A DNA stretch of 64,000 nt, taken from contig NC_042998.1 in assembly GCF_006345805.1 (NCBI RefSeq), positions 48,360,001 to 48,424,000 on the forward strand, written 5' to 3'. This DNA comes from Octopus sinensis (Eukaryota). Below are positions 38,418-52,821 of the stretch, in pieces; positions within the stretch are counted from its first letter, which is position 1; the number at the start of each line of letters is the position of its first letter. The notes under the pieces were generated by a model. That model saw only the letters and a program-made list of their open reading frames with translations, had not been told where the DNA came from and searched no databases. Both the position numbers and the translations under genes were made by a program.

Positions 38418-38838
38418 AGGTGGCGAGCTGGCAGAAACGTTAGCACACCGGGCGAAATGCCTAACGGTATTTCGTCTGCCGTTACGTTCTGAGTTCAAAT
38501 TCCGCCGTGTCAACTTTGCCTTTCATCCTTTTGGGGTCGATAAATTAAGTACCACTTACGCACTGGGGTCGATGTAATCGACTTAATACCTTTGTCTGTC
38601 CTTGTTTGTCTTCTCTGTGTTTATCCCCTTTTGGGTAGTAGAGAAATAGGTATTTCGTCTGCCGCTACATTCTGAGTTCAAATTCCGCCGAGGTCGACTT
38701 GGCCGTTCATCTTTTTGGGGTCGATTAAATAAGTACCAGTTACGCTCTGGGGTCGATGTAATCGACTTAATCCCTTTGTTTGTCCTTGTTTGTCCCCTTT
38801 ATGTTCACCCCCACCCCCTGTGGGCAATAAAGAAATAA
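38418..38838 (+). mobile_element. SINE dimer (same family)
   Basis: Head, body, junction gaaatag|gtatttc at 38649/38650, second body. Confidence 0.9.
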
Positions 38839-39177
38839 ATATATTTTGGACAACATTCTTTAAGACAGTAGACTGTGATTCGAGGAAGATTTGATTGTTA
38901 TTTCTAGCAGATTGAGAAGACACGTAAAGGTTCATTCATTTGCTCGTCTTTATAGCTTGTAGATGAGTTCGGTAACATTAGAAAATAAATAGGCTATGTA
39001 GAAAAATACGTCTGGAACGTGTAATGAAGATTAAAATCCTTGAAGGCGGTACTCCAGCATGGTCGTAGCTAAATCAATGAAACCAGTCGACGAATAAAAG
39101 AAAATAACAAAGGATCCATCTTGTGAATACATCATTTCATTATGTTCTTCCTCCTTGTCATCCGCCGGTATTTTTAT

Positions 39178-39505
39178 ATTGGTTTCTAATTTTGGCACAA
39201 GGCCAACAATTTCGGAGAAGGGGTTAAGTTGATTATATCGACCCCAGTGCACAAGTGCTACTTATTTTATCGACCCCGAAACGATTAAAGGCAAAGTCGA
39301 CCTCAGCGAAATTCGAACTCAGTATATAAAGCCGGACAAAATGCCGCTAAGCATTTATGTTCTGAGTTAGAATTCCGCTGGGGTCGACTTTGCCTGTCAT
39401 CCTTTCGGGGTCGAGAAAATAAGTACCAGTTGGGTACTGGGGTCGATATAACCGACTTACGTCCACCTCCGAAATTGCTGGCCTTGCGCCAAAATTTGAA
39501 ACCGA
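39178..39505. mobile_element. Head-to-head inverted SINE pair
   Basis: Minus copy at 39178-39345 and plus copy at about 39358-39505. Confidence 0.8.
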
Positions 39506-41695
39506 TTATAAACGTGACAATTGCACCCAGTCATCAATTAAAACTGATATCTTCAACTGTCCTTTTATATTGTTACACATTGACTCTCTACTGAAATCAT
39601 GAACCAATTCCTTTATGCTGTTCTTCATTTCGATGAACACCACTCCGTTCATGCATTCTTCTTCAAAACACGACTGTCTTCATTAACCGTTCCAGTCATA
39701 TTTTGTATACGACTCATTGTATTTACTAATGCTACCGAACCCATTTACAACTATAGGGACAAGCAAATGAATGATCCTTTACGTGGTTTGTCGATCTGCT
39801 AAAAATAGCAACAACCAAATTTCCTTCAAATCACAGCTTAAAGTCTTAAAGGATGTTATCCAAAATATCACGCCTGATAATAGAAAGACGAGTGGTCATA
39901 ACTGTTATATCGTTGATCATGTTTACTTGATTAGGGCAGACGTACGATTTTTGATTGAGCAAACGTATGATTAAGAACATTACTGTCTACCAGTTCGAGG
40001 AGCCATGTAGAAAGCACATTTGTTTGGGTATTGTTGGTGATGCCAATGTTGTTGCTGCATGCAATAAGAAACCTCGGAGTGGGTGGGTGTCTTTAGGAAA
40101 AAAAATCTTTGTTAAATCTGTTGGGAATCTTTTTTTCTAAATCTGAATTTACTTCTGTTTTCAAAAATTTCACAAATATTCACACCAACCTGTGTCTTCA
40201 CTATACTACTGAGAATCTGCATAGTTTTTCATTTATTTTGCTATCAAGGTTTCTTTGCTTTCTTTTTTGTAATTCGCCAAATATTTTCTCCTTAATCAGT
40301 TGTTATTCTAATAATGATGGGTTTTTTTTCTATTTAAGAAATTATTTTGTTTCTACATCTTTGTTTACTTGAGTGTTAATCATTTTGTTAAATCTGTGAT
40401 CACTTCTGTAGCCAAGAGTTTTACTCGCTAATATTTGCACCAGTTCAGTTCTGTCTTTAAGAATTCTCCTCTCTCTTCATTTCGGTAGTTGAATTATTAT
40501 GAAGTAAGCTTTCTTTTAGCTTTCTCAACTATTTCCTCCTGCGTTAGACAGCTGTTGATGGCCTGTTTACTACGATTCCAACCCCAGATTATAGATATAA
40601 ATCCAGCTCTTATTATACATCACATTTTTAACCCGCTTTCTTTTCTCTCTCCCCCTATCTCTCCCTCTATCTCCACCTCTCTCCACCTCCCCTCATTTTC
40701 CATCTAGTATTTCCCCATTCTCTATACAAACTGTGCCCTTACAATGAAAAAGATCTTGCGCAATTTAGAAAGTAAATTTTTGAGAGAATTCCACTTCCTC
40801 TACGTTAATATCTGTGATCTTCTTTTCAATCTTAGTAACTACCCATCACTTCCTAGAAATACAGTAACCACATATTATTTGCTCATACGAAAATTGTTTG
40901 TACCCTATCCATAACCTAACAATGCCCTCTGCATTTTGTACATACTATACTCCAAAAGTGGTGCTTGTGCCTACATGGAATCAACTTTACCACTTTACCA
41001 CTGATCAGATTCACTGAGTTCAAATTCCATTGGTCTTCATTCGTTCGGGTTTGATAAAAGAAAGTACCAATCAAGTATTGGGGTTGATGGAAAATGGACT
41101 AACTTCTTCCTCCTCAAATTTCTTCTGGTGATAAAATGTTTCAGAGCCTCCAAGAACTGGTGAAAGGAATGGAGGAAATTATTCTCAAACTGGAAACCTG
41201 ACCGGGATGCTTGCAACAAAGTGAACTCCTCTATAGCGCCTGCCCTCAAAAATCCAGGGTGTGGTGTTAAAGAATAGAACTTGAAAGAAAATCACATGGA
41301 AACACGTCAAAGGCTTTAACATCAAGCTATATACATACAGAAACAAGAAAACAGCTGTGTAAATGTTACATATGCTCTATATTCATAAATGGTGCAGTAA
41401 CATGAACATTGACGAAAACTAACCCTGACAAACAAGAAACTTTTGAAATGTGAACATATAGAAGAATATTAAGAATATCTTTGACTAAACCAAAAACAAA
41501 TGAAGGAGTGCTACAACTAGCAAACAGAAAAAATATTACTCTCAACTATTAGAGAAAATAAAAGCTGAAGTACTTTGGTCACATAGAGCACAGGCTATAC
41601 AAAGACTTTTACTAGAAGGAAAGATAAATGGCAAATGCTTGAGAGGGAGAACTAAAGTAAACTGGTTTGATAACATCAAGCGCAGGACCAAAATA

Positions 41696-42497
41696 TTGGT
41701 TTCAAATGTTGGCAGAAGGCCAGTAATTTCGGAGAATGGAGTAAGTGGATTATATTGACTCCAGTGCACAATTAATACTTATTTTATCTGCCCCGATATG
41801 GATGAAAAGCAAAGTCGACCCCGGCGGAATTTGAACTCGGAGCACAAAGACAGATGAAATGCCGCTTAGCATTTTGCACGGCGAGCTAACGATTCTTATT
41901 TCTTTATTGCCCACAAGGGGTTAAACATAGAGGGGACAAACAAGGACAGACAAAGGAATTAAGTCGATTACATCGACCCCAGTGCGTAACTGGTACTTAA
42001 TTTATCGACCCCGAAAGGATGAAAGGCAAAGTCGACCTCGGCGGAATTTGAACTCAGAACGTAACGGCAGAAGAAATACCTATTTCTTTACTACCCACAA
42101 GGGGCTAAACACAGAGAGGACAAACAAGGACAGACAAACGGTTTAAGTCGATTATATCGGCCCCAGTGTGTAACTGGTACTTAAATTATCGACCCCGAAA
42201 GGATGAAAGGCAAAGTCGACCTCGGCGGAATTTGAACTCAGAACGTAACGGCAGAAGAAATACCTATTTCTTTACTACCCACAAGGGGCTAAACACAGAG
42301 AGGACAAACAAGGACAGACAAACGGTTTAAGTCGATTATATCGGCCCCAGTGTGTAACTGGTACTTAAATTATCGACCCCGAAAGGATGAAAGGCAAAGT
42401 CGACCTCGGCAGAATTTGAACTCAGAACGTAACGGCAGACGAAATACGGCTAAGCATTTCACCCGGCGTACTAACGTTTTTGCCAGCTCGCCGCCCT
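41696..42497 (-). mobile_element. SINE tetramer (~184-bp units)
   Basis: Junctions at about 41895, 42079 and 42263. The middle units are nearly identical. Confidence 0.9.
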
Positions 42498-43489
42498 TTA
42501 GGGTAGGACAAAAATATTACAAGGTGAATGTGTTAGAATTAGAGAGAAAAAATTCGAATGGAGACCCTAAGTATTCAACCTGCTTAGAGCTAGTGTTACC
42601 CTATGATGAGACTGTTAAAAACCAGGCAACGAATTACGTTAGCTATCCTTGTCGTATGAGTATAAATTGAAGTTTCTGTCTAAAGGCAACGACATAATTT
42701 CATTGTAGTAATACTTCTTTATTCCTATGTTAATTATTTGAACTTTCAATTTCGTAGGTGTGTTGCTTCTATTTGACATCTAGTGGGGGGTAGAAATAGT
42801 CACGTAGTGATGTAATTGTAGTTGCTATTGTTGCTGTCATCGCCGTCGTCGTCGAGAACATTGTTATTGTCGTTGTTTAAAATAGATTTATGATATGCTG
42901 CGATGGGAAAAATATACGTTATCGATTTTTCTAATGAGACGCTTTCGGTTATCGATCTTCAAATTTTTTTTTTTTCATAATGTCTATAAAATTGATGAAA
43001 TGGTTTGGAACACAATATCGAAACGAAAATAATACATTCTCAACACTTTATTAGAATGCCAGAGTATGTTAAAGCAGACATCAGGTATTCTGCAACGTAC
43101 AACCATAACTTTCTAAAACACACATTTACATCCCATCCATCTGTCTATCTGTCTGTCTGTCTGTCTATCTGTCTGACTCTCTCCCTTTTCCTTCTCTTTC
43201 TTTCTCTCTCTTTCTCTCCTTCTCTATCTACCTACCTGTCTATCTCGTACACACATAAACATACATCCCCACGTTAGACACGCATATATATTTTTATAAG
43301 GAAAAGGTTTGCAGATACAATCAAGTTCCGGCTATTTAGCTTTCATCGGACTGTCTTTCATATACATACTTATATACATGCAAGCGCACGCACACACACG
43401 CGCATACATACCCATATATTAGAAGGTTTGGAGATGATGTACAGGTATTATATATTAGAAGAAATGAGGTACTCAGAAATCTGGATGGT

Positions 43490-43547
43490 TTTATATTTGT
43501 ATATTTGTATATGTATATGTATGTATGTATATACATGCATGCATACA

Positions 43548-43587
<40 letters not shown>

Positions 43588-43626
43588 CATACATATATGT
43601 ATGTATATACATGCATGCATACATTC

Positions 43627-43659
<33 letters not shown>

Positions 43660-44035
43660 ATTATATATATACATATATACATACATAAATACATACATAC
43701 ATACATACATATATGTATGTATATATATGCTATATATGTATATATATGCATATATATTATGTATATGTATACGTAAGTATATGTAAGTGTGTATATATAT
43801 ATGTATATATATATATATAATTATATACATATATACATATACGTACAAACACACACAATTATCATAATCATTACTGATCAAGACTGCTCGAATTTATATA
43901 TATATATATATGTGTGTGTGTGGTGTGTGTGTGTGTGTGTGTGTGTGTGTGGTGAGTGTGTGAGAGTTTGTGCATGTATGCTTGTATATATTAGAGTAGA
44001 GAAACGGGAGAGAGAGAGAGAGAGAGAGAGTGAGA
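43490..44035. repeat. Compound (TA)/(TACA)/(TG)/(GA) microsatellite, representative of dozens in the window
   Basis: Direct inspection. Similar arrays lie at 10-190, 1680-1960, 2820-3060, 7290-7570, 12320-12640, 30330-30445, 30990-31125, 45290-45420, 47650-48060, 49760-50255 and 55620-57060. Confidence 0.95.
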
Positions 44036-44539
44036 GCAAGAGAGTGTGGGAAGGAGATTCTATATTAGCAAATATCTTTAATGCTGCTATAAAACAATAT
44101 CAGTCTTGTAACTGCTGGGAGAGAACATACCGGTATGACAATAAAAGGATTGTGACTTCGATCTAATTTTGTTTCATTAAACATCTATTGATAAACAGAA
44201 TCGTTAAAGCCTGGACCAAATGTCTAGCAGCAATTATTCTAACCCATTGTCGTCAACTTTACTGTTCCTCATTCCAGGGGACGATAAATAAAGTACCAAT
44301 CGAGAACTGGGAAGTTTGTGCTGTCTTAGAGCATTCGGATAGTTTATCGAAGACAACCACTTCGTCTAGACGACCAATGCTAATCTATGTCTGCTGTGGT
44401 CTTCTTCCAATCAGGACTCACGCCATTAGCCACAAAGAATAATCTCTAATTCAAGCCTACTCTAAGCTACAAGAATGCGTATGGCAACTTGAAGATCCAC
44501 CCACCACACGTGATAGACTGGCGGTTGCACGGGCGCGAA

Positions 44540-44883
44540 AGCTATGTTGTTATCCTCATTCCGTAAATGGTGGCTTTTAACGGGTGGAGAGCTGAACCAT
44601 CCTGGGATACAGAGGATTCGCAATCTAGACTAGGGTCTGAAAGTTTACCACACCATAGTGGGTACACCATGGTTCCTCTGCTTTGTGGCAGAAGTAGGAA
44701 GAAAGAGTGAAAGAAAGTTGTGGTGAAAGAGTACAGCGGGGTTCTCCCCAGCCCCCACCGGAGCCTCGTGGAACTTAGGTGTTTTTGCTCAATAAACACC
44801 CACAATGCCCGGTCTGGGAATCGAAACCGCGTTCTTACGACTGCGAGTCCGCTACCCTAACCACTGGGCCATTGCGCCTCCAC
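44540..44883 (-). mobile_element. tRNA-derived SINE
   Basis: Minus strand TGGCCCAGTGG ... GTTTCGATTCC head. Confidence 0.8.
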
Positions 44884-45295
44884 TCTGCTGTGATTGTATA
44901 TACAGAAACCTCAGTGCATTGCGTAGCAGGAGAACCATTGTTAAGACAATTTTGTTAGAAAGGTTCGCTATCCTTCTCACTTTCTTGGAGCATACTAAGC
45001 TGCGCTGTGAACCAATGTGGCTGAACCATCTCTGTAGGTCTTTCCTCTAAGAATTAGAAAAACGTTAAGCTTGAGATCAACAACCTCTCCTCGTGCTTTC
45101 GTGTTCTATGCTATGCCAACCGTCCAGATAATCTTTTGACTATGGTGAACATGGATCGACGATTTCTCTACGACACAATAGTTTTTAAAAAGTGCCAAGA
45201 TTTTGTATAATTTCTTTGTCAATTGCATATATATATGATACGATTATATACGTACACCCACACATACAAACAACATATATAAATTAGAAATTTGC

Positions 45296-45376
<81 letters not shown>

Positions 45377-45758
45377 TACATATATATATATATATGTGTG
45401 TGTGTGTATGTGTGTTTGTGTATTGTGTGGGTGTACGTATTGATAAATAGATAGATAGATAGGCACACAGGTAAACATAGACGCATATATCTAAATGTAT
45501 TCAGAAAAATAAACACAAGCACGTGCACACACACATACACCCCCCCACACACACACACACGTACGAATATATTAACATAAAGCATAAAAATTACAGAATA
45601 CTACAAAGAAAAAACATAACTCCTTAACTCGATAGCTGTTTCAGGAAGCTCGGACATACTTAATAATCATTATGTTCTTAATTTGCGGATGGAATGTGCA
45701 TAAAGTCTTGAGCATATATACATACATACATACATATATATATATGTATATATGTGTA

Positions 45759-45794
<36 letters not shown>

Positions 45795-46844
45795 TGTATG
45801 TATGTATGTATGTATGTATGTATGTATGTATGTATGTATTCATGTATGTTTCATTGAAGATATTGTATCTGGTAATAACTAGCTAATATTAATTTTTTTA
45901 TATATATGTTATATACATTTTATGTATAATATAAAAATTTCTCGGTTCGAAGATACATATCTCTGTCATGATACTTTTTGTTTGAGTCAGTGAACGATTT
46001 AAAATTTGGAGAAACATTTCAGTAGCAGATAATTTTTCTCGTTGACGAAGATATTTAATTCATCGAGTCACTTAAATCACTGGCTACTAATGGTAGTCAA
46101 GTACAGCAAGCGTTTGGAATGCTGTTATCAATATGTTTTTAGCTTTAATTTTCCCTTACTTGTTTCATTAGTTTTGCTTTGAATTCTCACTGGAACAAGT
46201 ATTTGATTTGTTTTTACTTTAAATTTTAATGATGTTTTAAACCAAATAGCACAAAAATAGTAACAGAGTAGCAAAATTTGAAGAAGAGAAAACAAAAACA
46301 AAAAAAAATAATAAATTAGAAATTATATTGGTTAAATATTGATTTCTAAAACTAATTCATTTTGTCGACTCCGGAACAATGAAAGACAAAGTTGACCGTA
46401 GTGGGATTTGAAGTCAGGACATAAGTGACCTTAACTAAATACCACAAGGCATTTTTGTCCGATGCATTTTACACGATTCTGCCCATTCAGTATCTTTAAA
46501 ATTAGGGTAAGGTTAAAAACTTGTAAGGAATAGATATATCAGTTTTATAGAACCCTCCAGTTCCATGCGTGGGATATGATACAAAGTCGACTTCATCTGA
46601 TTTTACGCTGAAGATATACAAGGTCGAAACCAAAACTTGTAGTACTGTAAGGCAGGAGTCCCCGACCATCGGGCCACAGACCAGTACCAGGCCGTGTATC
46701 AGAAAGAATAGATTTTAAAATTGTATTTCTGTTTCATTGACTATCGCAGTCTGCAGTTGGATGCTAATTCATTGTCCGTGTATTATATCTATTATATCTG
46801 TATTATACATGTAATAACTAAATTATCTAGCTGTAAATTTCGTT

Positions 46845-47060
46845 CCCGGGTCGAGTAGACTCACAGGGCCAGTTTCCCGGTTTCCATGTCGTATATATTC
46901 CCCACATGGATGGACCTACACATTTTTTCCAGCTGAGTGGACTGGAACAACATGAAATGAAGTGTTTTGCTCACGAACACAACGCATCACCCGGACCAGG
47001 AATCGAAACTACAATCTTACGATCATGAGTCTAACACCCTAATCACTGAGCCAAGTGCAT
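46845..47060 (-). mobile_element. tRNA-derived SINE (same family as 3453-3700)
   Basis: Minus strand TGGCTCAGTGA ... GTTTCGATTCC ... ccagtccactcagctgg. Confidence 0.8.
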
Positions 47061-47220
47061 TCAATTAAATTATATATTATACACTTTATTGCGTTTTGTT
47101 AGGTACATTATACTCCGGTCAGAGGAAAAAATTGTTACAGGAAACTGGTTTCTGGTGCAAAAAAGAGATTAAGGACAGCTGATATAAGACATCTAACCCA
47201 GAGCATACTGGTTTTATTGT

Positions 47221-47375
47221 ACCAGAGCCTTGAATATTACTAAAGTACTATAAAATGAACTAAATTCTGGTGTACCAGACCCTTGCTTATAGCCAAAATA
47301 TTATAAAGTAAACTACGTTCTGATGTACCAGAGCCTTGCATATTACAGAAGTACTATAAAGTAAACTAAATTGTT
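47221..47375 (+). repeat. Degenerate 53-bp minisatellite, three copies
   Basis: accagagccttg...tataaa...aacta units start at 47221, 47274 and 47327. Confidence 0.7.
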
Positions 47376-47697
47376 TTATTATTTTCTTACGACATAAAGC
47401 CGAGTCTTTGATCTGAAATATGATTTCCGGTAGTAGCTGGTTCAGTTCACATACACCATTAATATTCTTAAGAAAGATATGACTGCCAAATAATTTCATT
47501 AGTGTTTTTTCCTATAAACGTGCGCAGTCTTCAGCCCAGCTAACAACTTAATACCGTTGTAATCAGTATAGTTACGCCCACAGAAAAATAGAATATTATT
47601 ATATAAGCAAACTTTGAAACAATTCTTAGTTTATATTATCTACAATGTATAATAATAATAATAATAATAATAATAATTATTATTATTATTATTATTA

Positions 47698-47739
<42 letters not shown>

Positions 47740-47843
47740 CATTGAACATCATGCGTGTGCGCACATGCGTATAAGTATGTGTGTTTGCGTGCGTGTGTGC
47801 GTATGTGTGTATACATACATATATATATAATGTATATAATATG

Positions 47844-47884
<41 letters not shown>

Positions 47885-47894
47885 TGTATATATA

Positions 47895-47925
<31 letters not shown>

Positions 47926-48099
47926 AGGAGATAGATATAGACATTTGTGATATATAATATATATTTATAACTATATGTATACACATGCAAACATACATAC
48001 ATACATACATACATACATACATACATACATACATACATACATACATACATACATACATAAACACAAATATTTATAATAAAATAGGAAGAGCTGAGTGGA

Positions 48100-49130
48100 G
48101 AAAGCATATAAGAGAAGGTTATAAAACATTTGAAGATGGTCACCTTGAGCACGAAATCCTAAAGCGATGGCTTCGGGGGCGGGGACTGTAATCAAAACCA
48201 CAACGAGGAGTTACAGTGTACTCCTTTCGGAGGTTGAGTATGTCAACCATTTGGAGTTTAATGAAAGACCAACTGTATGCAACGTCCTTCCTTCTAGACT
48301 GGATGGTTCGATGTGTGTAGTGTGTGAAAGGGCTGGCAAATCCATGACAGTTCACAGTTATCATATCTCACAGAATCTCTCTAGTGGCAGTTACAGCTTT
48401 CGTCTGTCACCTAAGCAAGCTTCAAACCATATAGATCTGCAGTGGAACTGAACAGTCATTTGAGAGGTCATGGAAGAAAGATCAGAAATGCTAGTGACAA
48501 TGAGAAGCTCAGAAACACAGTAATCATCCGGGAAGATAGAACAATCACCAGGTATGTGCAAAGAATGTGAACCTTTTTCCTGAGAGTGGTATGAGGGAAT
48601 TTCTTTCTTATGGCTAGTGTGGTCGTGCCTGCTTCTCAAAGCAGGCTTACCCGGTCATAGTTATGGCCACAAAGGACCCTCCGTCTCCCAAAGTGAATTC
48701 AGCATGATCTCTTGTGCACTTTGTGTAGCACAGTTTATACGTCAACCAGTGAACTCGCTTGGTGTTGTAGATCTTAACATCATAATGGTCAGATAGCTGC
48801 TGGAAGGCGGGGTCCTGTGGTCAGTGTGGAATGACTTCTTAGTCCCTTGGAGGCCTTGGAAGCCATATGGGACGTCATCAGCGACGGTGAGACCTAACTT
48901 CCAAGCTTGAGATATTTCTTAGGGTAAAATGGATCAAGGAAGTGGTTTTGCTCGGTCACGAGTCGACTTTCAGTCTCTAGGTCATTCTGATATGAAACCA
49001 GATATGCAAGGAATGATATGGAACACATTAAGGGTCTTTTGCTTGCGGTTGAGATCATGACGTTCCCACATTCTTGGGCCTGCAACCGTTATTGGCTTAG
49101 GATATCTGGCCCCGGCTTGTCTCTGGATTA
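48100..49130 (-). mobile_element. Heavily degraded coding-like element, possibly a LINE endonuclease region
   Basis: A more GC-balanced block with short ORFs (IPGDCSIFPDDYC; LRSRHDH). No intact diagnostic motif. Confidence 0.3.
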
Positions 49131-49410
49131 TATCAATAGGGTGGAAAGGGTCTGTGAGGTGCTGTGAATGTCTTATTGGATTTAAAATTTTAGATTGTGC
49201 AATTACCGGCGACGCACCTATCCGAAGCCCGGTTGAATAAGAGGACACCGTGGTGAACGAGACCGATAGAATAAGTACCAGGCTTAGAAAAGGAAATAAG
49301 TACTGGGGTCGATTAGTTGGACTAAAATTTCCAAAGGCGGTGTTCCAGCATGGCCGCAGTCCAATGACTAAAACAAGTAAAAGATAAAAGATAATAAACA
49401 TAAAGTAAAT

Positions 49411-49694
49411 CAGTGCTACTCAAAGTGATGGTCCGCGGACCGGTGCCGTTTCCGGTGAGTTTCCAGAAGGAAAGAAACATTATAAAATGCTTATGAAATG
49501 CTTATAAAATGCTTATTTAATATTGTATTATTTGTTTATAAGATAAATAAAAAATGCCTGCTTTTATTATATTCATTATATTATATTGTTTCCAGTATAA
49601 ATTAATATTTCTAAGAAATAATACCGGTCCCTGGGACGTTGGAAAAAAAGACAAAGCTGCCGGTACGCCACATCAGATAGTTTGAGAAGCACTG
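49411..49694. mobile_element. hAT-type MITE with 8-bp TSD
   Basis: TIRs CAGTGCTACTCAAA / TTTGAGAAGCACTG. TSD AAGTAAAT at 49403-49410 and 49695-49702. Confidence 0.9.
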
Positions 49695-49763
49695 AAGTAA
49701 ATGGCACAATTCATTGACAGAATGGTTAGCTCTATATTTCGTCTTTCTGAAATTTTGCCTTGT

Positions 49764-49819
<56 letters not shown>

Positions 49820-50012
49820 CACCACCGCCGCGGCCGCCACCACCACCACCGCCGCTGCCACCACCACCACCACCACATATACACGCACACATACACATAT
49901 ACAACTTCTACATACATACATACGCACATACATTCACACATCATACACACACATACATACATATACATGCATATACACATACATACACACACAGATACAT
50001 ATATATATATAT

Positions 50013-50046
<34 letters not shown>

Positions 50047-50396
50047 ATATACATATCTACCTACCTATTTATATGTATATATGTATAAGTATGTGTGTAT
50101 TTGTATATATGTATGCTTATATATATGTATGTATGTGTATAAGTATCTATGTGTTTAGGTACGCATGTATGTATGTGTGTGTGTGTGTATGGATGTATAC
50201 ACATATACACACAGACATGCACACAACACACACACACACACACATATATATATAATACAAAATCTACTCAATCAACATTATTTTTAGAGCTTACAAATCC
50301 TGTCTGAATTAGCTAATGTGATGCGATTAAATTAAGAAAATAAAAAATATATCAATAATTAAAGTGAAAACTTAATTGGGTATATTGTTTCTGTAC

Positions 50397-51749
50397 CTGA
50401 TATTAATATCCAATGTTGATATATCAACTTGTAAATGTTTCTGGATAATTCTGAAGCCAAAATCAGACACAGCGATCACTTTAATGAGATATAGTCCAGG
50501 CTTTTCGTTTGGTATATCAAAATATGTATCGTTTGTAAAGTCGGAACAGTTGTAAGTAGCATCACTTTTTACTTGTATCGAATCTTCAGTAAAATTTAAT
50601 TTTTGTGTTGTATTCCTATAACACCACATATAATATTCAGCGATTTCGTGCAATACGTATAAGGTGGTTCCTAGACTTTTCGTACTTATATCTCCGCCTA
50701 AAAATGATAATGGTTTTAGTACTTCGCTGAATTTGATATATATAGTATCGGAAACTTTCCTGTCGTCACTGCTTACTTCCAAATCGATTTTGTACAAACC
50801 CTGTGTAGAATAAGGGAGAAAATCCAGATATTCTAAATCAAGTGTTATATTTTCGTGCTCTATATCTCTTAATTCACCTTCAATCATTTTCTGAAGCTTC
50901 CATAAGTAAGTCAGTGGTTTTGATTTACATAAAACAAAATCTGATTGTGAAAGCTTGACTTTTTCGTCAATTCTGAATATTACGAATGGACTTTGAATTG
51001 TTGTACGGGGATATAATGTAAAGATGGTTTTGTTAAAACATTTGTCTTGAATAAAGACGTTTTCGTATTTGTACATAACGTAGTCATCCAAACTACATTC
51101 CAAACAATTTTATGCCATCCAGGTTCGTTAATAATGATCTCAGTGTCAACGGAAGTGAATTCGTCATCATCCTTTTTTTTTTTCTTATGCTTAATATTAA
51201 TTTTATTAAAATCCTCCTTATCAATATATATGATACATTCCCATTCCCCGAAAATGGTTTTTGCTTGTATCATAACATCAAGAACAACAGCAGGGCCATG
51301 ATAATATTTGTCGCCTGAAATAGTAAAACTAATGTCGCCTTCTGTACTTGGAATCGGCACGTCAACTGCTCGAACAATATCTGTGCACGTACAAGTTATG
51401 TTATAAGATCCTGAATTTATATATTCATGATCAATTGATCTCGAACCTAAACCAAGAGGAAAAACTATTTCTTCTTCTTCAGTATCGTCGCCATAATTCA
51501 AAATGCATGTTTCTTCGGCATCTAATACTACAGTAACAATGATTTCATAAAGGTAGGTTGTGTAGTATTCTTTTTTCTTACCGCTTGAGACATTGAGTGA
51601 TGTGTTATTCTCGAATAAACTGGTGACGTTTTCGGAAGAACTTGCTTCTTTGATAGTTTCAAGTTTCAGGTTTGCTTCCATACCAATTATTTTGTAGGGC
51701 ATAGGGCCGAACATAAAGACTGTTGCATATAGACTTGCCAAAACCAAAT
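50397..51749 (-). CDS. Large exon (1353 nt): PKD-like Ig folds and start of REJ module; one frameshift
   Basis: Acceptor tttttctttctag|AT at 51749 and donor ATCAG|gtacag at 50397. ORFs 50980..51747 and 50372..51103 overlap. One missing base near 51102-51110 joins ...EPGWHKIV to LECSLDDY... Confidence 0.85.
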
Positions 51750-51970
51750 CTAGAAAGAAAAATAAATTAACATAATTTAGTCAAGAAAATAAACACAAAT
51801 TAGGCATTCAACGGAACATAGCGATTTATATGCTTTTATTCTTCACAAAAATGAGTTGAAAACAAATTAAGGATTAAATCAAAGCTTAATTAATAAAAAT
51901 GATCGCTGACACTCTAAAGAAATATGCCTCTTGTTCAAAATCGCTTATCACCAACATATCTAACATTTAC

Positions 51971-52042
51971 TTCCAAAGAACGAAATATGACACTGTAACG
52001 TCCACATCATTATCGTCATCAGTAAAGCAATTTCTTTCCAAC
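51971..52042 (-). CDS. Candidate first coding exon (72 nt) of the PKD1-like gene, signal-peptide-like
   Basis: ttttgttacacag|GTTGG...TTTGGAA|gtaaat. Open frame WKEIALLMTIMMWTLQCHISFFG. Its phase 1 donor fits the phase 1 acceptor at 51749 and gives a hydrophobic MTIMMWTLQCHISFFGNLVLASLYATVFMFG. Confidence 0.5.
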
Positions 52043-52548
52043 CTGTGTAACAAAATGTAATCGAAAAGGTTTAACATTTTAGTTTTCTTTTATATTTTAT
52101 TAAATATTCACCAACATCTATAAAATATTATAGGTATATGAAGTTTATAAGTGTCAATAGTAAATAAGTTCATTATACTTTAGAAACAACAATACCAAAA
52201 TTTGAACTTTAAAAGCTGAAGTGGTATGTAATGCACTTAGCCTGGCCAGTTAAACACGGTGTTTGGTAACATTTCGCATTGAATAGACGCGTATTTTTCT
52301 TTAGTTCTTACGGTTGTTATAGCCATTAGTGCATTGTACATACGCAAGACTGCCTCAAGTTGTGGAATTTTCTTTGATAAAATAAAACGCATGTAAAGAC
52401 TGGGATCGCTGGGTAGCGACTACAACCCTCCTCTTAAATCTTCTAGGCCCGTACCTAAATTACAAGTCACGGATATTTATCAATTTCTTAGGCACACACA
52501 CACACACACCACACACACACACACATACACACACAAACACGCATATAC

Positions 52549-52772
52549 ATATGAAGGGGTGTTGAAAAGTTCCTGACTTTCGGTAAAGGAAAACACAGTA
52601 GGATCAGTGAATTATGATTTTATTCAACATATATTCCTCTCTCAGATTCATGCACTTACTGCAGCGGTCCTTTAAATTTTCTAAGCCCTATAACAGAACT
52701 GGAAAGATTGAGACTCCAGCCAAGCCTTTCTCGCAAGACCCTTAAAGTCAGAAACTTTTCAGCAATCCTCGT

Positions 52773-52774
<2 letters not shown>
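52549..52774. mobile_element. mariner-like MITE
   Basis: Imperfect ~30-bp TIRs (tatgaaggggtgttgaaaagttcctgacttt / aaagtcagaaacttttcagcaatcctcgta) in a TA context. Confidence 0.7.

Positions 52775-52821
<47 letters not shown>

Noticed and set aside
39540-39800. Possible minus-strand exon (EECMNGVVFIEMKNSIKEL...)
   Set aside because: Its acceptor end is a copy of the repeat also seen inverted at 38820-38990, and the frame has tandem stops.
41896-42497. Regularly spaced repeats resembling a CRISPR array
   Set aside because: Units are whole SINE bodies with no unique spacers, there are no cas genes, and the context is eukaryotic.
47391-47511. Possible 121-nt exon (KNINGVCELNQLLPEIIFQIKDSALC)
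   Set aside because: The phase does not fit the 50397 donor without assuming an error, there is no family motif, and it borders a minisatellite. Left unresolved.
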